Source of the DNA: Synechococcales cyanobacterium VAR_4_metabat_354
GTDB lineage: Bacteria; Cyanobacteriota; Cyanobacteriia; Cyanobacteriales; Chamaesiphonaceae
Assembly: GCA_031414775.1 (NCBI GenBank)
Contig: JANOQI010000016.1
Span: 64,001-128,000 of the forward strand
Reading direction: 5' to 3'
Length of the DNA: 64,000 nucleotides
Position 1 is the stretch's first letter, and each line of letters starts with the position of its first letter. This document shows positions 38,078 through 48,665 of this stretch, piece by piece. The position numbers and the translations under genes were made by a program. Under the pieces are notes generated by a model, which was given only the letters and a program-made list of their open reading frames with translations, did not search any database and had not been told where the DNA came from.

Positions 38078-38212
38078 ATTGATTTTGGATATTTAATGTT
38101 TTCGTTAGTTAAGATCTTGCACCATTCTCAACAAAGGTTGGCTAAAAGGACAGAAACCTAAAAAAAGGGGCGTAACAAAATAATGAGATGGTTATGAAAA
38201 CCATGCCAAAAA

Positions 38213-38977
38213 TCACCAGACTTTCCAAGGGGCTTTGCCGCTCTGCCATAGCCCTTCCAAATAGTTCTTTTCGCGCAGGGTGTCCATCGGTTGCCAAAAG
38301 CCGTCATGTTCAAAAGCCATCAATTCGCCCTTAGCAGCCAAATCCATCAGCGGGCGATCTTCCCAAGTACTATGGTCGCCATCAATCAAATTGATACAGT
38401 CTGGCGACAGGACAAAAAAGCCACCATTGATTAATCCCCCGTCGGGCTTCTCCATAAAGCCCGAGACCTGCTGGCCATCTAGCTGCAAGATACCATAACG
38501 ACTAGGTGGCTTAACCGCAGTCACAGTGGCCATCTTGCCGTGTTCTTGGTGAAAGGCAATTGATTTGGAAATATCGATATCGGAAACACCGTCTCCATAA
38601 GTGAAACAAAAAGCTTCTTCCTTTGCTAGGTAGGGAGCCACTCGCTTCAGCCGTCCGCCAGTCAGAGTTCCATCACCAGTATCTACTAGGGTCACCTTCC
38701 AAGGTTCGGCATTACGTTGCAAGACATTCATCTGGTTATGAGAAATATCAAAGGTAACATCCGACATATGTAAAAAGTAGTTAGCAAAATACTCTTTAAT
38801 CACATAGCCTTTATAGCCACAGCAAATAATAAAATCGTTGACACCATGAGCAGCATACATTTTCAGGATATGCCAAAGAATCGGACGACCGCCAATCTCC
38901 ACCATGGGTTTGGGTTTAAGATGGGTTTCTTCGGAAATGCGGGTGCCGAGTCCACCAGCTAAAATCACTGCTTTCAT
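38213..38977 (-). CDS. rfbF: glucose-1-phosphate cytidylyltransferase
   Basis: ILAGGLGTRISEET..KPKPMVEIG, TGGRLKR, TYGDG, INGGFFV, GFWQPMDTLRE. Confidence 0.95.
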   Translation of the reverse strand: MKAVILAGGLGTRISEETHLKPKPMVEIGGRPILWHILKMYAAHGVNDFIICCGYKGYVIKEYFANYFLHMSDVTFDISHNQMNVLQRNAEPWKVTLVDTGDGTLTGGRLKRVAPYLAKEEAFCFTYGDGVSDIDISKSIAFHQEHGKMATVTAVKPPSRYGILQLDGQQVSGFMEKPDGGLINGGFFVLSPDCINLIDGDHSTWEDRPLMDLAAKGELMAFEHDGFWQPMDTLREKNYLEGLWQSGKAPWKVW

Positions 38978-39228
38978 ACAATTTTCTCAATTTTCCAACT
39001 TAAGGATGGGGTGAACAACTTTTAGGGTTTGATAAGCGAAATGTAATCGAGTTAAGATCTTTTTGATCAAAGGTTTCGTCCGAGGCTTTTTAATCTCTAG
39101 CTAGTTACATTTTATGAAGTTTTGGAAAGTAGGTCGTCAGTGTTTTGGCTGTTTCTGATCCTCCAGAAAACACGGTTTCATGCAAAGTGTAACAATAATG
39201 GCTAAGTCATTGGTGACCATCAAATAGC

Positions 39229-39663
39229 TCAGCCAATTGTATTAAATGCTTTCAAGCCTTGATATCCTTTGATCCGCGCCGCATTTCTGGTGAATTCGCC
39301 AACGGATGGGTTGCCATGAGGGTGAACAACACCACCAACACTCTGCCACAGCGCATCTGAAGCTAAGGAAATTTCGTATGATCGATCGCCTGTTTTAGAT
39401 ACGTGATACCAGGTAGTCTGCTGACATTCATCACACCAAAAAGCTTCGACCCACTCACCAGTAACACCAATAGTGGTGTGAGACTTAATCAACATTTGGG
39501 CAGCCAGACTGTTAATGCCTCTAGCTTGGAGCTGCCCAGGTCGATCATCAAAAAGACGATATTTTTGACTCGCACTATCTAAATAACAGTTATGTGCCGG
39601 ACAAAAAATACTGCGCCGTTTAGATCTTCTTTTTTTGCGTTTGGCAATATCAGGACTCTGCAC
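39229..39663 (-). CDS. hypothetical Cys/His-rich protein (putative Zn-binding)
   Basis: GTG start with an AAGGAG RBS. Basic N-terminus, CPAH, WVEAFWCDEC, NPSVGEFTR. Confidence 0.7.
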   Translation of the reverse strand: MQSPDIAKRKKRRSKRRSIFCPAHNCYLDSASQKYRLFDDRPGQLQARGINSLAAQMLIKSHTTIGVTGEWVEAFWCDECQQTTWYHVSKTGDRSYEISLASDALWQSVGGVVHPHGNPSVGEFTRNAARIKGYQGLKAFNTIG

Positions 39664-39945
39664 GTTGGTCTCCTTTATTGATCAGTTTGCATCAAATTTT
39701 CAGCAAAATGCCTATGATTATTAGCCTTTTGCTCTGAAATAATTTTTGCTCGTTTACCTCCAATTCATACGGCTAAAGAACCCAGTGCAAAATCTCATGG
39801 AGATTACGACATCAGTTAATAATATTCAGCACTCAAGGTCTGATTTCGGAAAAAATTGCTATCTATGTGCATATTAACTTTTTTCCAGACTGATATAAAT
39901 TACCATTGCCATTGGTTAGGGGATCATTAGCAGTTGCACCGGATT

Positions 39946-41736
39946 CTAGACTTCCTTTTTCGGGACGTAAGTAGATTTCACAGCTAGCTCTTTTAGCTGC
40001 TTTTCTTCTACCACTGAGGGAGCATCGGTCAACAGACAGCGGGCTTGCTGAGTTTTGGGAAAAGCAATCACATCCCGGATCGAATCTTCCTGAGCGAGGA
40101 GCATTACCAATCGATCGAGTCCAAAAGCGATCCCCCCATGAGGCGGCGTGCCATAGTCAAAAGCATCGAGTAAAAAGCCAAACTTACTTTGAGCTTCGGC
40201 TTCAGAAAGTCCGATCGCCTTAAAGACCTGTTCTTGAATATCCCGCGTAAAGATGCGGACACTACCACCACCAATTTCGGTGCCATTAAACACCATGTCA
40301 TAAGCTTGGGCACGGGCAGTTTTTAGGTCGCCAATGTCAGCGGGATGCGGTGCCGTAAACGGATGATGCAGAGCTTCCAGGCGTTGCTCGTCGGCGTTCC
40401 ATTCAAACATCGGAAATTCGGTGACCCAGAGTAAATTCATCTGATTATCATCGATTAGTCCTAGTTCGCGGCCAATAACCTGACGCAATCGATCGAGTGT
40501 TTTATTCACCATTGCACCGTCACCGGCTCCAAACAGCAGCAAGTCACCATCCTGAGCGCCAGTGATGCTCATCAGTTGTTGTTTAGCTGCCGGAGTCAAA
40601 CTATCTTTAATCGCGCCAATGGTTTCCAGCTCACCATTGACAAATCGAATATAGGCCAAACCTTTAGCCCCCATATCGGTGGCTTCTTTGAACAGGTTGC
40701 CACCGGGCTTTATTCGCACATTAGAAATAGTCTCGTTGCCACCCGGAATGGCCAGGACTTTAACAATGCCACCCGCCGCGATCGCCCCGGCGAAAACTTT
40801 AAACCCAGAGGTTTTAAAGATTTCGGACACATCAGCTAGCTCCAGCCCAAAGCGAGTATCGGGTTTATCGCAGCCATAGCGCGCCATGGCTTCTTGGTAG
40901 GTGAGACGCGGTAAAGGCAAAGATAACTCGACTCCTTTAACTTCTTTGAAAATATGGGCAATCAGGTGCTCGTTGAGGCTCATGATCTCCGCTTCGGACA
41001 TAAAACTCATTTCCATGTCGAGTTGAGTAAATTCCGGCTGTCGATCAGCTCTCAGGTCTTCATCCCGGAAACAACGAGCAATTTGGTAGTATCGATCGAT
41101 CCCTGACACCATCAAAATTTGCTTAAACAACTGGGGCGACTGAGGCAAAGCAAACCATTCGCCAGGATTGACCCGACTGGGCAGCACAAAATCGCGAGCA
41201 CCTTCCGGAGTGGATTTGTTCAGGATCGGCGTTTCTACTTCTGTAAAATCTTCTTGGTCTTCTAAGAAGCGGCGCATTGCTTTCACCACTTGATGGCGGA
41301 GCTGAATATTTTTGCTCATCCGCTCGCGACGCAGATCTAAATAGCGGTAACGCAGCCGTAGGTCTTCGCGCACATATTCATTCTCGGCAGCGGAAACTTG
41401 GAAAGGCAGCTGCTGATGGACTTTGTTCAAAACATTGATCTGATCGGCGTAGACTTCGATCGTCCCACTGGCAATGCGGGGGTTAAAAGACTCCTCTGGT
41501 CTCTGGCTAACCCGTCCAATTACCTGAATCACGTATTCATTACGCAGATCGGCGGCTAGTTCATAAGAGGCGGGGGTACGTTGCGGGTCGCTGACAATTT
41601 GAATGGAACCGGATCTGTCGCGCAAATTCAGAAAAATCACACCACCCAGATCGTGACGGCGATCGACCCAACCACATAGGGTCACTGTTTCGCCGATTTT
41701 GTCTGGGGTAAGGTGGCCGCAATATTGGGTACGCAT
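39946..41736 (-). CDS. aspS: aspartate--tRNA ligase
   Basis: [57 protein letters not shown]. Confidence 0.97.
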   Translation of the reverse strand: MRTQYCGHLTPDKIGETVTLCGWVDRRHDLGGVIFLNLRDRSGSIQIVSDPQRTPASYELAADLRNEYVIQVIGRVSQRPEESFNPRIASGTIEVYADQINVLNKVHQQLPFQVSAAENEYVREDLRLRYRYLDLRRERMSKNIQLRHQVVKAMRRFLEDQEDFTEVETPILNKSTPEGARDFVLPSRVNPGEWFALPQSPQLFKQILMVSGIDRYYQIARCFRDEDLRADRQPEFTQLDMEMSFMSEAEIMSLNEHLIAHIFKEVKGVELSLPLPRLTYQEAMARYGCDKPDTRFGLELADVSEIFKTSGFKVFAGAIAAGGIVKVLAIPGGNETISNVRIKPGGNLFKEATDMGAKGLAYIRFVNGELETIGAIKDSLTPAAKQQLMSITGAQDGDLLLFGAGDGAMVNKTLDRLRQVIGRELGLIDDNQMNLLWVTEFPMFEWNADEQRLEALHHPFTAPHPADIGDLKTARAQAYDMVFNGTEIGGGSVRIFTRDIQEQVFKAIGLSEAEAQSKFGFLLDAFDYGTPPHGGIAFGLDRLVMLLAQEDSIRDVIAFPKTQQARCLLTDAPSVVEEKQLKELAVKSTYVPKKEV

Positions 41737-41797
41737 ATCGAAAACAGATGTAGATGAACGGGTTTATCATTTTAGCTTACCCGCTGTGACATATATC

Positions 41798-41966
41798 TTC
41801 TTGTCCCAGGCGAGGATTCAGGAATTCTAGACAACAAGCAGCCCAGCGGCTTCTACCGAATTTGGTTATGCGAAAAGAAGCCGGTGCGTTGCCAAGCTCA
41901 GCATGTTGGTAGATTTTATGGCATCACCGAAATTGATGTTGATGAGAACTTCGCCTGAGTCAGGAA
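41798..41966 (+). ncRNA. ssrS: structured ~170-nt RNA, probably 6S RNA (strand uncertain)
   Basis: Long closing stem TTCTTG-TC-CCAGGCGAGGATTC pairing with GAACTTCGCCTGAGTCAGGAA. Internal stems CGGCTTCT/AGAAGCCG, CAACA/TGTTG and GCATCA/TGATGT. No ORF. Size and rod shape fit 6S. Most G-U wobbles favour the + strand. Confidence 0.7.
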
Positions 41967-42039
41967 ACCGGTAGAATTTAAAGACATTAGCTTTGCTCAC
42001 CGCCTACCGCATGAGCTAGCCTCACCACAATCCCAAAAT

Positions 42040-42450
42040 ATGCGCTCTTATTGGCCAATTACCGAACTTCCGGGCGTAGACACCACAACAGCAGCTGAGC
42101 TTACCGCTGTCGGTGTCATTGATACCGAACAACTGCTGGCCTTAACAGAGCCACGGCAAATCAGCAGCAATCAGCTCCAACTAGCCGCCATTGTGAGTAC
42201 CAGACCTGGCCGTAAACTGCTCGCCCTAGCTAAGTTAGCTCAAATCCCCAGCGTTGGTTGTAAGTATTGTGGATTGCTATTACATGCTGGGGTGGCTTCG
42301 ATCGAACAACTCAGTCAAACCCCACCGCAGCAATTACACCAACTAGTTTTGCGGCTGCATGTTTCTCTCCTCCAGCGCCGGGATCTCACACCTCGCATCG
42401 ATCAAGTTCAAAACTGGGTGCAGCAAGCCAAGGTGATTGTTAATAGTTAA
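42040..42450 (+). CDS. DUF4332 helix-hairpin-helix protein
   Basis: WPITELPGV, LAKLAQIPSVGCKYCGLLLHAGVAS, WVQQAK. Confidence 0.85.
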   Translation: MRSYWPITELPGVDTTTAAELTAVGVIDTEQLLALTEPRQISSNQLQLAAIVSTRPGRKLLALAKLAQIPSVGCKYCGLLLHAGVASIEQLSQTPPQQLHQLVLRLHVSLLQRRDLTPRIDQVQNWVQQAKVIVNS

Positions 42451-42451
42451 T

Positions 42452-43069
42452 TTAAACAGCTGGCTTCGCCAATACCCCATGCAAAAAGATATCGGCCAGA
42501 CCCTCAGCCATTTCCCGCATTTCTTTGGGGTTAGAGTTGGGGCTAATAACTGTATCGTGGCTAAAACCAGCAATCACAAACATTCCTAAGAAAACCTGTG
42601 CCACAATTTTTGGGTTCAAAGGCCGATATACCCCTCGATCGATCGCCGTCTGAAAAAAGGCTTCGGCCACATCGGTCATTTTCGCGACCACTTCTTGCTG
42701 GATTTTTTCGCGTAGATCGTCATGGAATTGAACTTCCATAAAACAAACCCGCATCACTTCATAATTTTTACCCAGATGTAGCATCCGCTTATAAATTACC
42801 TGAGCGATCGCTTCATAGCTAGCCATTTCACTCAGTTCCGTCAATAAATCAGTCAGCAACTCCACCCAGCCTTGGGTGGCCACTTCGACCAAGATCGCTT
42901 TTTTATTGGTGAAGTGTCTAAATAAAGTACCTTCAGCAATACCAGCATTTTCGGCTAATTCTTTAGTCGTCGTGCCATCGTATCCCCGGTGGGCAAACAA
43001 GCGCTGTGCCGTTGATAATATTTTGGAGCGGGTGTCCGGTTCAGTCTTGGTTTTTATGAAAGTGGGCAT
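42452..43069 (-). CDS. TetR/AcrR family transcriptional regulator
   Basis: ILSTAQRLFAHRGYDGTTTKELAENAGIAEGTLFRHFTNKK. Confidence 0.93.
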   Translation of the reverse strand: MPTFIKTKTEPDTRSKILSTAQRLFAHRGYDGTTTKELAENAGIAEGTLFRHFTNKKAILVEVATQGWVELLTDLLTELSEMASYEAIAQVIYKRMLHLGKNYEVMRVCFMEVQFHDDLREKIQQEVVAKMTDVAEAFFQTAIDRGVYRPLNPKIVAQVFLGMFVIAGFSHDTVISPNSNPKEMREMAEGLADIFLHGVLAKPAV

Positions 43070-43266
43070 AATCAATCAACTTAATTAGAGCTGAGTTGCG
43101 TAGTACCTTTATTTTGTCGCCTGAATATTCAAATTAACGAGATTCTTTACAGTTGTTAAGATGAGAAATGTGTCGCTGGTGAAGAATATCTTTACGTATT
43201 ATATTTTAAAATAAAGTAATGATAAATTACTAGTACTAAATACCAGGCTCTAGAAATCTGAATTAA

Positions 43267-43569
43267 CTAACTCAACCGGGTTTCGATATGAGTTACTAAT
43301 TCACTAACAGTCATCGAGTTTTTGTTCATCAAAGAAATAGGGAACTCTATTTTAAACTCTTCTGATAAATCAAAGTAAATATTGACAGCTTCTAAATAGT
43401 AAAGAAGGTGATGATTGCCAGATTTTTGAATCCGATAGGTCGCCAATTGATCGATGAATTTATTAAACTGGAATCCTTCGTACACCGAGTCTGTATGGAT
43501 ATGCAGGTTATCAGCAATTATTTTTGTGACTTTAAGATAGATGAGACTTTCTGATTGCTGATTTAGCAT
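43267..43569 (-). CDS. degenerate acyl-carrier-protein-like protein
   Basis: KVTKIIADNL ... LEAVNIYFDLSEEFKIEFP ... MTVSELVTHIE follows the ACP helix pattern, but there is no DSL motif. Confidence 0.55.
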   Translation of the reverse strand: MLNQQSESLIYLKVTKIIADNLHIHTDSVYEGFQFNKFIDQLATYRIQKSGNHHLLYYLEAVNIYFDLSEEFKIEFPISLMNKNSMTVSELVTHIETRLS

Positions 43570-43656
43570 ATTTTAATTTAACTTGGCATATCTGAGTCAC
43601 TTCCTATAAGTAGAAATATAGTCGAGGAATTAAAGGTATGTAATTAGTAGAATGTC

Positions 43657-45459
43657 TTAAGTTTGACTAGCAACAGATTGTCGATTAGCCAAATGGTGCT
43701 TGGCAATTGCTAAACTACAAGCTAAGGAAATATTTTCTTGGCACAGCACCCCAATAATTTTGGTAGGGTGTTCTGGCTCGACTACTGGCAATTGATGTAA
43801 TCCTCGTCCTCCCATTCGTTCAATCGCTGTCGCTACCGATTCATCGGCATTGGCATAAAGAATAGCGGCGGTGCAAATACTACTTAGCTGTTGATTATCA
43901 GCTGCTTGGCCGTTAGCAATCGCTCGGTTGATATCATCCAACGTGACGATTCCAACCAACTGACCAGCGGGATCTTGGACTAGGGCGCTCCGATACTGAC
44001 GCTCTACTAAAGTGGTAGCGGCCTCGAAAATGCTTACCACTGCTGATAAATTTAGCCATTCTAGTTGCATGGCTTCGCGCACCAGCAAATGACGCAACAT
44101 CACTGCCTGTTCATCTTGCTGAATATTTAAGCCCATTTTTTCTAGGCCACTATTGGATTCGTTTACAGATTGCATTCGATCGACTAACCAAATACTCAAA
44201 CCAACGCAAGCCATTAGCGGCAAAACAATTCGATAGTCGCGAGTTAACTCAAACATTAACAAAATGGCTGTTAAGGGGGCGCGGGCATTGCTAGCCAACA
44301 TGGTAGCCATCCCCACCATCGCGTATGCTGGGGGCGCAGCCATCACGCTGTCTAATTGTGGAATCAACATCACCAAGCCTTTCACATAGGCCGTGCCTAA
44401 AGAGGCACCTAAGAACATCGAAGGAGCAAATAGACCACCAACTAAGCCACTTCCCAAACTGATGCCGGTCATAATCAGCTTCACGGCCACCAACAAAATT
44501 AGTAAGGTCAGCGAGAATCCCACATCTTGCAGCATCGCTTCGATCGTTTCGTAACCAATCCCAGTAATTTGCGGAAACTTAAGAGCCGTAATGCCGACCA
44601 ATAGGCCACCTAAGATTGGTGTAGACCAATGTGGTAGTTTAGTCATCCAGGCAGAGTAGGGAGCTTTGCCCTGAAAAACCTGGCGACACCAGCGAATGGT
44701 TTGGGTGGAAGCGTAGGAAAGCAAGCTGGCCAATACTCCTAAGCCTAAGTACAGGGGCAACTCCCAGGCAGACTGAACCTCATAAATAGGCAGTTTAAAA
44801 GCTGGTTGGGAACCCAACCCTACTTGGGCTACCAACGAAGAAATAACTGCTGCCAGTACCACCACACTCACCGCCGCTGTGGCAGTGGTACTATTTAGCA
44901 CTACTTCTAGAGCGAAAAACACGCCAGCGATCGGTGAATTAAAACCCGCTGATACCCCCGCCGCCGCCCCGGCTGCTAGTAATAAACGTTGCCGTTCTTG
45001 AGATACGCGCAGCGTTTGCCCCATCAAAATGCCCAGATTAGCGCCAATTTCCACGCTCGGACCTTCTGGCCCGAGCGAAGCTCCAGTCCCCAGCGAGACG
45101 GCGGCGGCCAACATTTTCACTAGTCCCAGCCAGGGTTTCATTGGTGCTCCGGACTGGGTAGCGGCCAACATGGAAGACATATTTAGACCAAAATCTTTCC
45201 AATACCAGCGCATGGCACCAACGATGATGCCCCCAATCATCGGAATCGAAATTGTCCACAGCCACTTGTTACCCCCTAAATTGGTCAGATCTTCAAAAGC
45301 CCAATCGTGAATATGGTCAATTAAAAAATGAAATAGGATGACCCCTGCGCCTGTGGCCACGCCAATTAGTAGAGCTAAAACCAGGGTGATACCACTGCTA
45401 GAAGCCATCAGTCGATCGACAAGTTTACGCGACAATAAATTAGGCTGATTCACAAGCAT
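43657..45459 (-). CDS. ClC chloride channel family protein with CBS domains
   Basis: SLGPEGPSV, AAGVSAGFNSPIAGVFFALE, GGLFAPSM, and a C-terminal CBS pair. Confidence 0.92.
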   Translation of the reverse strand: MLVNQPNLLSRKLVDRLMASSSGITLVLALLIGVATGAGVILFHFLIDHIHDWAFEDLTNLGGNKWLWTISIPMIGGIIVGAMRWYWKDFGLNMSSMLAATQSGAPMKPWLGLVKMLAAAVSLGTGASLGPEGPSVEIGANLGILMGQTLRVSQERQRLLLAAGAAAGVSAGFNSPIAGVFFALEVVLNSTTATAAVSVVVLAAVISSLVAQVGLGSQPAFKLPIYEVQSAWELPLYLGLGVLASLLSYASTQTIRWCRQVFQGKAPYSAWMTKLPHWSTPILGGLLVGITALKFPQITGIGYETIEAMLQDVGFSLTLLILLVAVKLIMTGISLGSGLVGGLFAPSMFLGASLGTAYVKGLVMLIPQLDSVMAAPPAYAMVGMATMLASNARAPLTAILLMFELTRDYRIVLPLMACVGLSIWLVDRMQSVNESNSGLEKMGLNIQQDEQAVMLRHLLVREAMQLEWLNLSAVVSIFEAATTLVERQYRSALVQDPAGQLVGIVTLDDINRAIANGQAADNQQLSSICTAAILYANADESVATAIERMGGRGLHQLPVVEPEHPTKIIGVLCQENISLACSLAIAKHHLANRQSVASQT

Positions 45460-45494
45460 GGGGAGAAGGCGGCGACTTTTCCTAATTGTAGGAC

Positions 45495-46193
45495 TTAGGG
45501 GCTGACTTGAATTTCCCCATTGCAGAGGAGTTCGCCTTCTTGTAATGTCAATTCTTTTAAATTAACCTGATCGCCCAGGTCGATTTCGTAGCTTTGTAGA
45601 TCACTGCCTGGTAGTTCTAAATCACAAGTAACCAGCAAAGGAGCCAGTCGCAACACCTGACCAGTCAACAATTCGATCCCAGTTTGAATGCTAATGGGAA
45701 ATTGTTGATCAGGACTCTGTTGCACTTGTCCTTGCAGCCACACCTGATTGGATTGGATGGCTGCTGATTGCCATTGAATTGACCAGTTTTGGTCAGTACT
45801 GGCCAATATCTGCTTCACTAAATCGGTGATGGCCTTATTGAAAAAAGGTGCGGTCAAGGAACTATGTAAATCCTCACTAGTCATCAGGGCATTCGCATTA
45901 ATCATAATTGGTTGCAGCAATTGTAGGGGCTTACCGCGTACTACTTGCTTCAGATTAATCGCTATTTGCTCGGCTAATAGCTCTATTTTTTGAACGGCAA
46001 TTCCCCGATACACTATTTTTTGGGCAGCAACGGCCACGCTGGGCACTACACCCGCCAGCATTTGTCGATCGCCAGCCACAATTTCGACTTGGAGTTCGGC
46101 TACGGCACTGACCTGGGTGCGTAACCATGCCGCACAGGCCGATGACAGTACAGAACTAATAATTCCACGGGGTTTGCTACTCAAATTTTGCAC
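45495..46193 (-). CDS. DUF2993 (LmeA-like) protein
   Basis: WLRTQVS...GDRQMLAG...INLKQVVRGKPLQLLQPI...IDLG. Confidence 0.8.
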   Translation of the reverse strand: MQNLSSKPRGIISSVLSSACAAWLRTQVSAVAELQVEIVAGDRQMLAGVVPSVAVAAQKIVYRGIAVQKIELLAEQIAINLKQVVRGKPLQLLQPIMINANALMTSEDLHSSLTAPFFNKAITDLVKQILASTDQNWSIQWQSAAIQSNQVWLQGQVQQSPDQQFPISIQTGIELLTGQVLRLAPLLVTCDLELPGSDLQSYEIDLGDQVNLKELTLQEGELLCNGEIQVSP

Positions 46194-46328
46194 TTTCAGA
46201 GAATAACCAGTAATCCATCGTAATCGATCGTTCCGACTTGCGGCTGGCCACCTAAGTTTTTCGTGATAGTTTCAATGTTTCACTCTTTTCGCTAGAATTT
46301 TGGGCAGTATACAAATAACGGAATAGCT

Positions 46329-47087
46329 ATGGCCGTCCGGCTGCAAAAAATTATGTCTCAGTGGGGCATCGCTTCCCGCCGTCAGGCCGAAGAAATGATC
46401 CGAAATGGTCGAGTGATCGTCAATGGTCAGACCGCGCAGCTTGGTGATACTGCTGATCCAGCAATCGACCAAATTACCGTATCCGGGAAACTGTTAGCAG
46501 CTCCACCCCAACGCTACTACTTGCTACTCAATAAACCAGCGGGAGTAGTTTCCACCTGCACCGATCCGCAAGGTCGATCGACAGTGATTGATTTACTACC
46601 TCAGCACTTAAGATATAGATCGGGTATTCATCCGGTCGGACGCTTGGATATTGATTCGACTGGTGCACTGTTGCTCACCAATGACGGTGAATTAACCTGT
46701 TTGCTCACACACCCTCGGCATCAGGTGTCTAAAACATATATCGCCTTGGTGGAGGGACATCCCTCTACCACTACACTACAAGCCTGGCGCTCGGGTATCA
46801 ACCTAGAAGGTAAATGGACGTTGCCCGCCCAAGTGACGGTTCTGGATGAAGATCGATATGAAACTCGCTTACAAATTATTTTGCGCGAAGGTCGTAATCG
46901 GCAGGTGCGGCGAGTAGCTGAACAATTAAATCATCCAGTTTTGCGCTTAGAACGCACCGCTATTGGTTGTATTCCCTTACATCTACCCGATCAATCTTTG
47001 CCGCGTGGTGAACACCGAAATTTAATTTCGACGGAGGTGGAATGGTTATCTCAAATACTCAACCATGCCATCACACCGAGCTTATGA
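46329..47087 (+). CDS. rRNA pseudouridine synthase (RsuA/RluB family)
   Basis: S4 domain [45 protein letters not shown]. Confidence 0.93.
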   Translation: MAVRLQKIMSQWGIASRRQAEEMIRNGRVIVNGQTAQLGDTADPAIDQITVSGKLLAAPPQRYYLLLNKPAGVVSTCTDPQGRSTVIDLLPQHLRYRSGIHPVGRLDIDSTGALLLTNDGELTCLLTHPRHQVSKTYIALVEGHPSTTTLQAWRSGINLEGKWTLPAQVTVLDEDRYETRLQIILREGRNRQVRRVAEQLNHPVLRLERTAIGCIPLHLPDQSLPRGEHRNLISTEVEWLSQILNHAITPSL

Positions 47088-47160
47088 TTTGGAATGGAGC
47101 ATTTGTTTTCTGAGTCAAAAACTTTTACAATTCGTAAAGAATGTACCAAACATAAAGCAC

Positions 47161-48612
47161 ATGCGGATTGCGATCGTGGGAGCTGGCTTAGCAGGACTAT
47201 CTACAGCAGTAGAACTAGCCGAGGCTGGCCATCAAGTAGAAATTTTTGAATCGCGTTCCTTTGTTGGCGGCAAAGTAGGCAGCTGGGTCGATCCCGACGG
47301 CAATCATGTGGAAATGGGTCTGCATGTGTTTTTCAATAATTACAACAATCTTTTTGCCCTGATGAAAAAGATTGGTGCCTTTGAGAATTTGCTGACCAAA
47401 GAGCATGTCCACAATTTTGTCAATAAAGGTGGTGAGATTGGGCAACTGGATTTTCGATTTATCCTGGGTGCACCTTTTCATGGCTTGAAGGCGTTCTTTA
47501 CTACCGGCCAATTAACATTTATCGATAAGCTGCAAAATGCCCTAGCATTGGGAACTAGTCCGATCGTGGCTGGACTATTGAGCTACGAAAGCGGCATGAA
47601 GATGATTCGGGCTTTAGATAACGTCAGTTTTGCCGATTGGTTTCGGCAGCATGGCGGCAATAATCATAGCCTGCGCCGGATGTGGGATCCAATCGCCCTC
47701 GCTTTAGGTTTTATCGACACCGAGAATATTTCGGCTCGTTGTATGTTGACCATCTTCATGATGTTTGCGGCCAAGACCGAAGCTTCTAAGCTGAATATGT
47801 TAGCTGGTTCCCCCGCTGAGTATCTACATCAGCCGTTGGTGAATTACCTGACAGCGCGGGGTGTGCAGATTCACACCCGTCGCCAACTGCGCGCCATCAA
47901 ATACAGTGGCAGTGACCATCATATTGATGGCTTGGAAATCGCTAACGGTGACAGTGTGGAGCTAGTCATTGCCGATGCCTACGTTTGTGCCTTAGATGTG
48001 CCGGGTATTCAGCGGGTGATACCTACCGAATGGCGCACTGATCAGTTTTTCGACAATATTTTTGAGCTAGAAGCCGTACCCGTGGCTACTGTTCAACTGC
48101 GGTTTGATGGCTGGGTAACTGAAATGAAAGACCCCCAACAGCGTCAACAGCTGGAAAAGGCCGCTGGGATTGATAATCTGTTGTACAGCGCCGATGCCGA
48201 CTTTTCTTGTTTTGCTGATTTGGCATTGACTAGCCCTAAAGACTACTACAAGCCGGGGGAAGGATCGCTAATGCAGGTCGTGCTGACACCGGGTGATAAG
48301 TTTATTTCGATGAGCAACGAAGATATTGCCCAACACGCCTTACGGCAAGTACGGGATCTGTTTCCCTCGGCTCAAGATTTGCAGATGACTTGGTACAGCG
48401 TGGTTAAATTGGCTCAGTCGCTGTACCGTGAGAAACCCGGAATGGATCCCTTTCGGCCAACTCAAGCTACCCCAATTAGTAACTTCTTCTTGGCGGGCAG
48501 CTACACGGCTCAAGATTATATTGATAGCATGGAGGGAGCCACGCTTTCTGGACAGCAAGCTGCTGTTGCAATTTTGGCCACTGCCGATCGATTGCAACCA
48601 GTCTTAAGTTAG
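47161..48612 (+). CDS. zds: zeta-carotene desaturase (CrtQ/ZDS)
   Basis: [50 protein letters not shown]. Start at ATG 47161. Confidence 0.94.
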   Translation: MRIAIVGAGLAGLSTAVELAEAGHQVEIFESRSFVGGKVGSWVDPDGNHVEMGLHVFFNNYNNLFALMKKIGAFENLLTKEHVHNFVNKGGEIGQLDFRFILGAPFHGLKAFFTTGQLTFIDKLQNALALGTSPIVAGLLSYESGMKMIRALDNVSFADWFRQHGGNNHSLRRMWDPIALALGFIDTENISARCMLTIFMMFAAKTEASKLNMLAGSPAEYLHQPLVNYLTARGVQIHTRRQLRAIKYSGSDHHIDGLEIANGDSVELVIADAYVCALDVPGIQRVIPTEWRTDQFFDNIFELEAVPVATVQLRFDGWVTEMKDPQQRQQLEKAAGIDNLLYSADADFSCFADLALTSPKDYYKPGEGSLMQVVLTPGDKFISMSNEDIAQHALRQVRDLFPSAQDLQMTWYSVVKLAQSLYREKPGMDPFRPTQATPISNFFLAGSYTAQDYIDSMEGATLSGQQAAVAILATADRLQPVLS

Positions 48613-48665
48613 TTAAATTTGCAACTAGCTATCTAGTTTTTCTTATCCCCTTAAATCTTTAAAAT

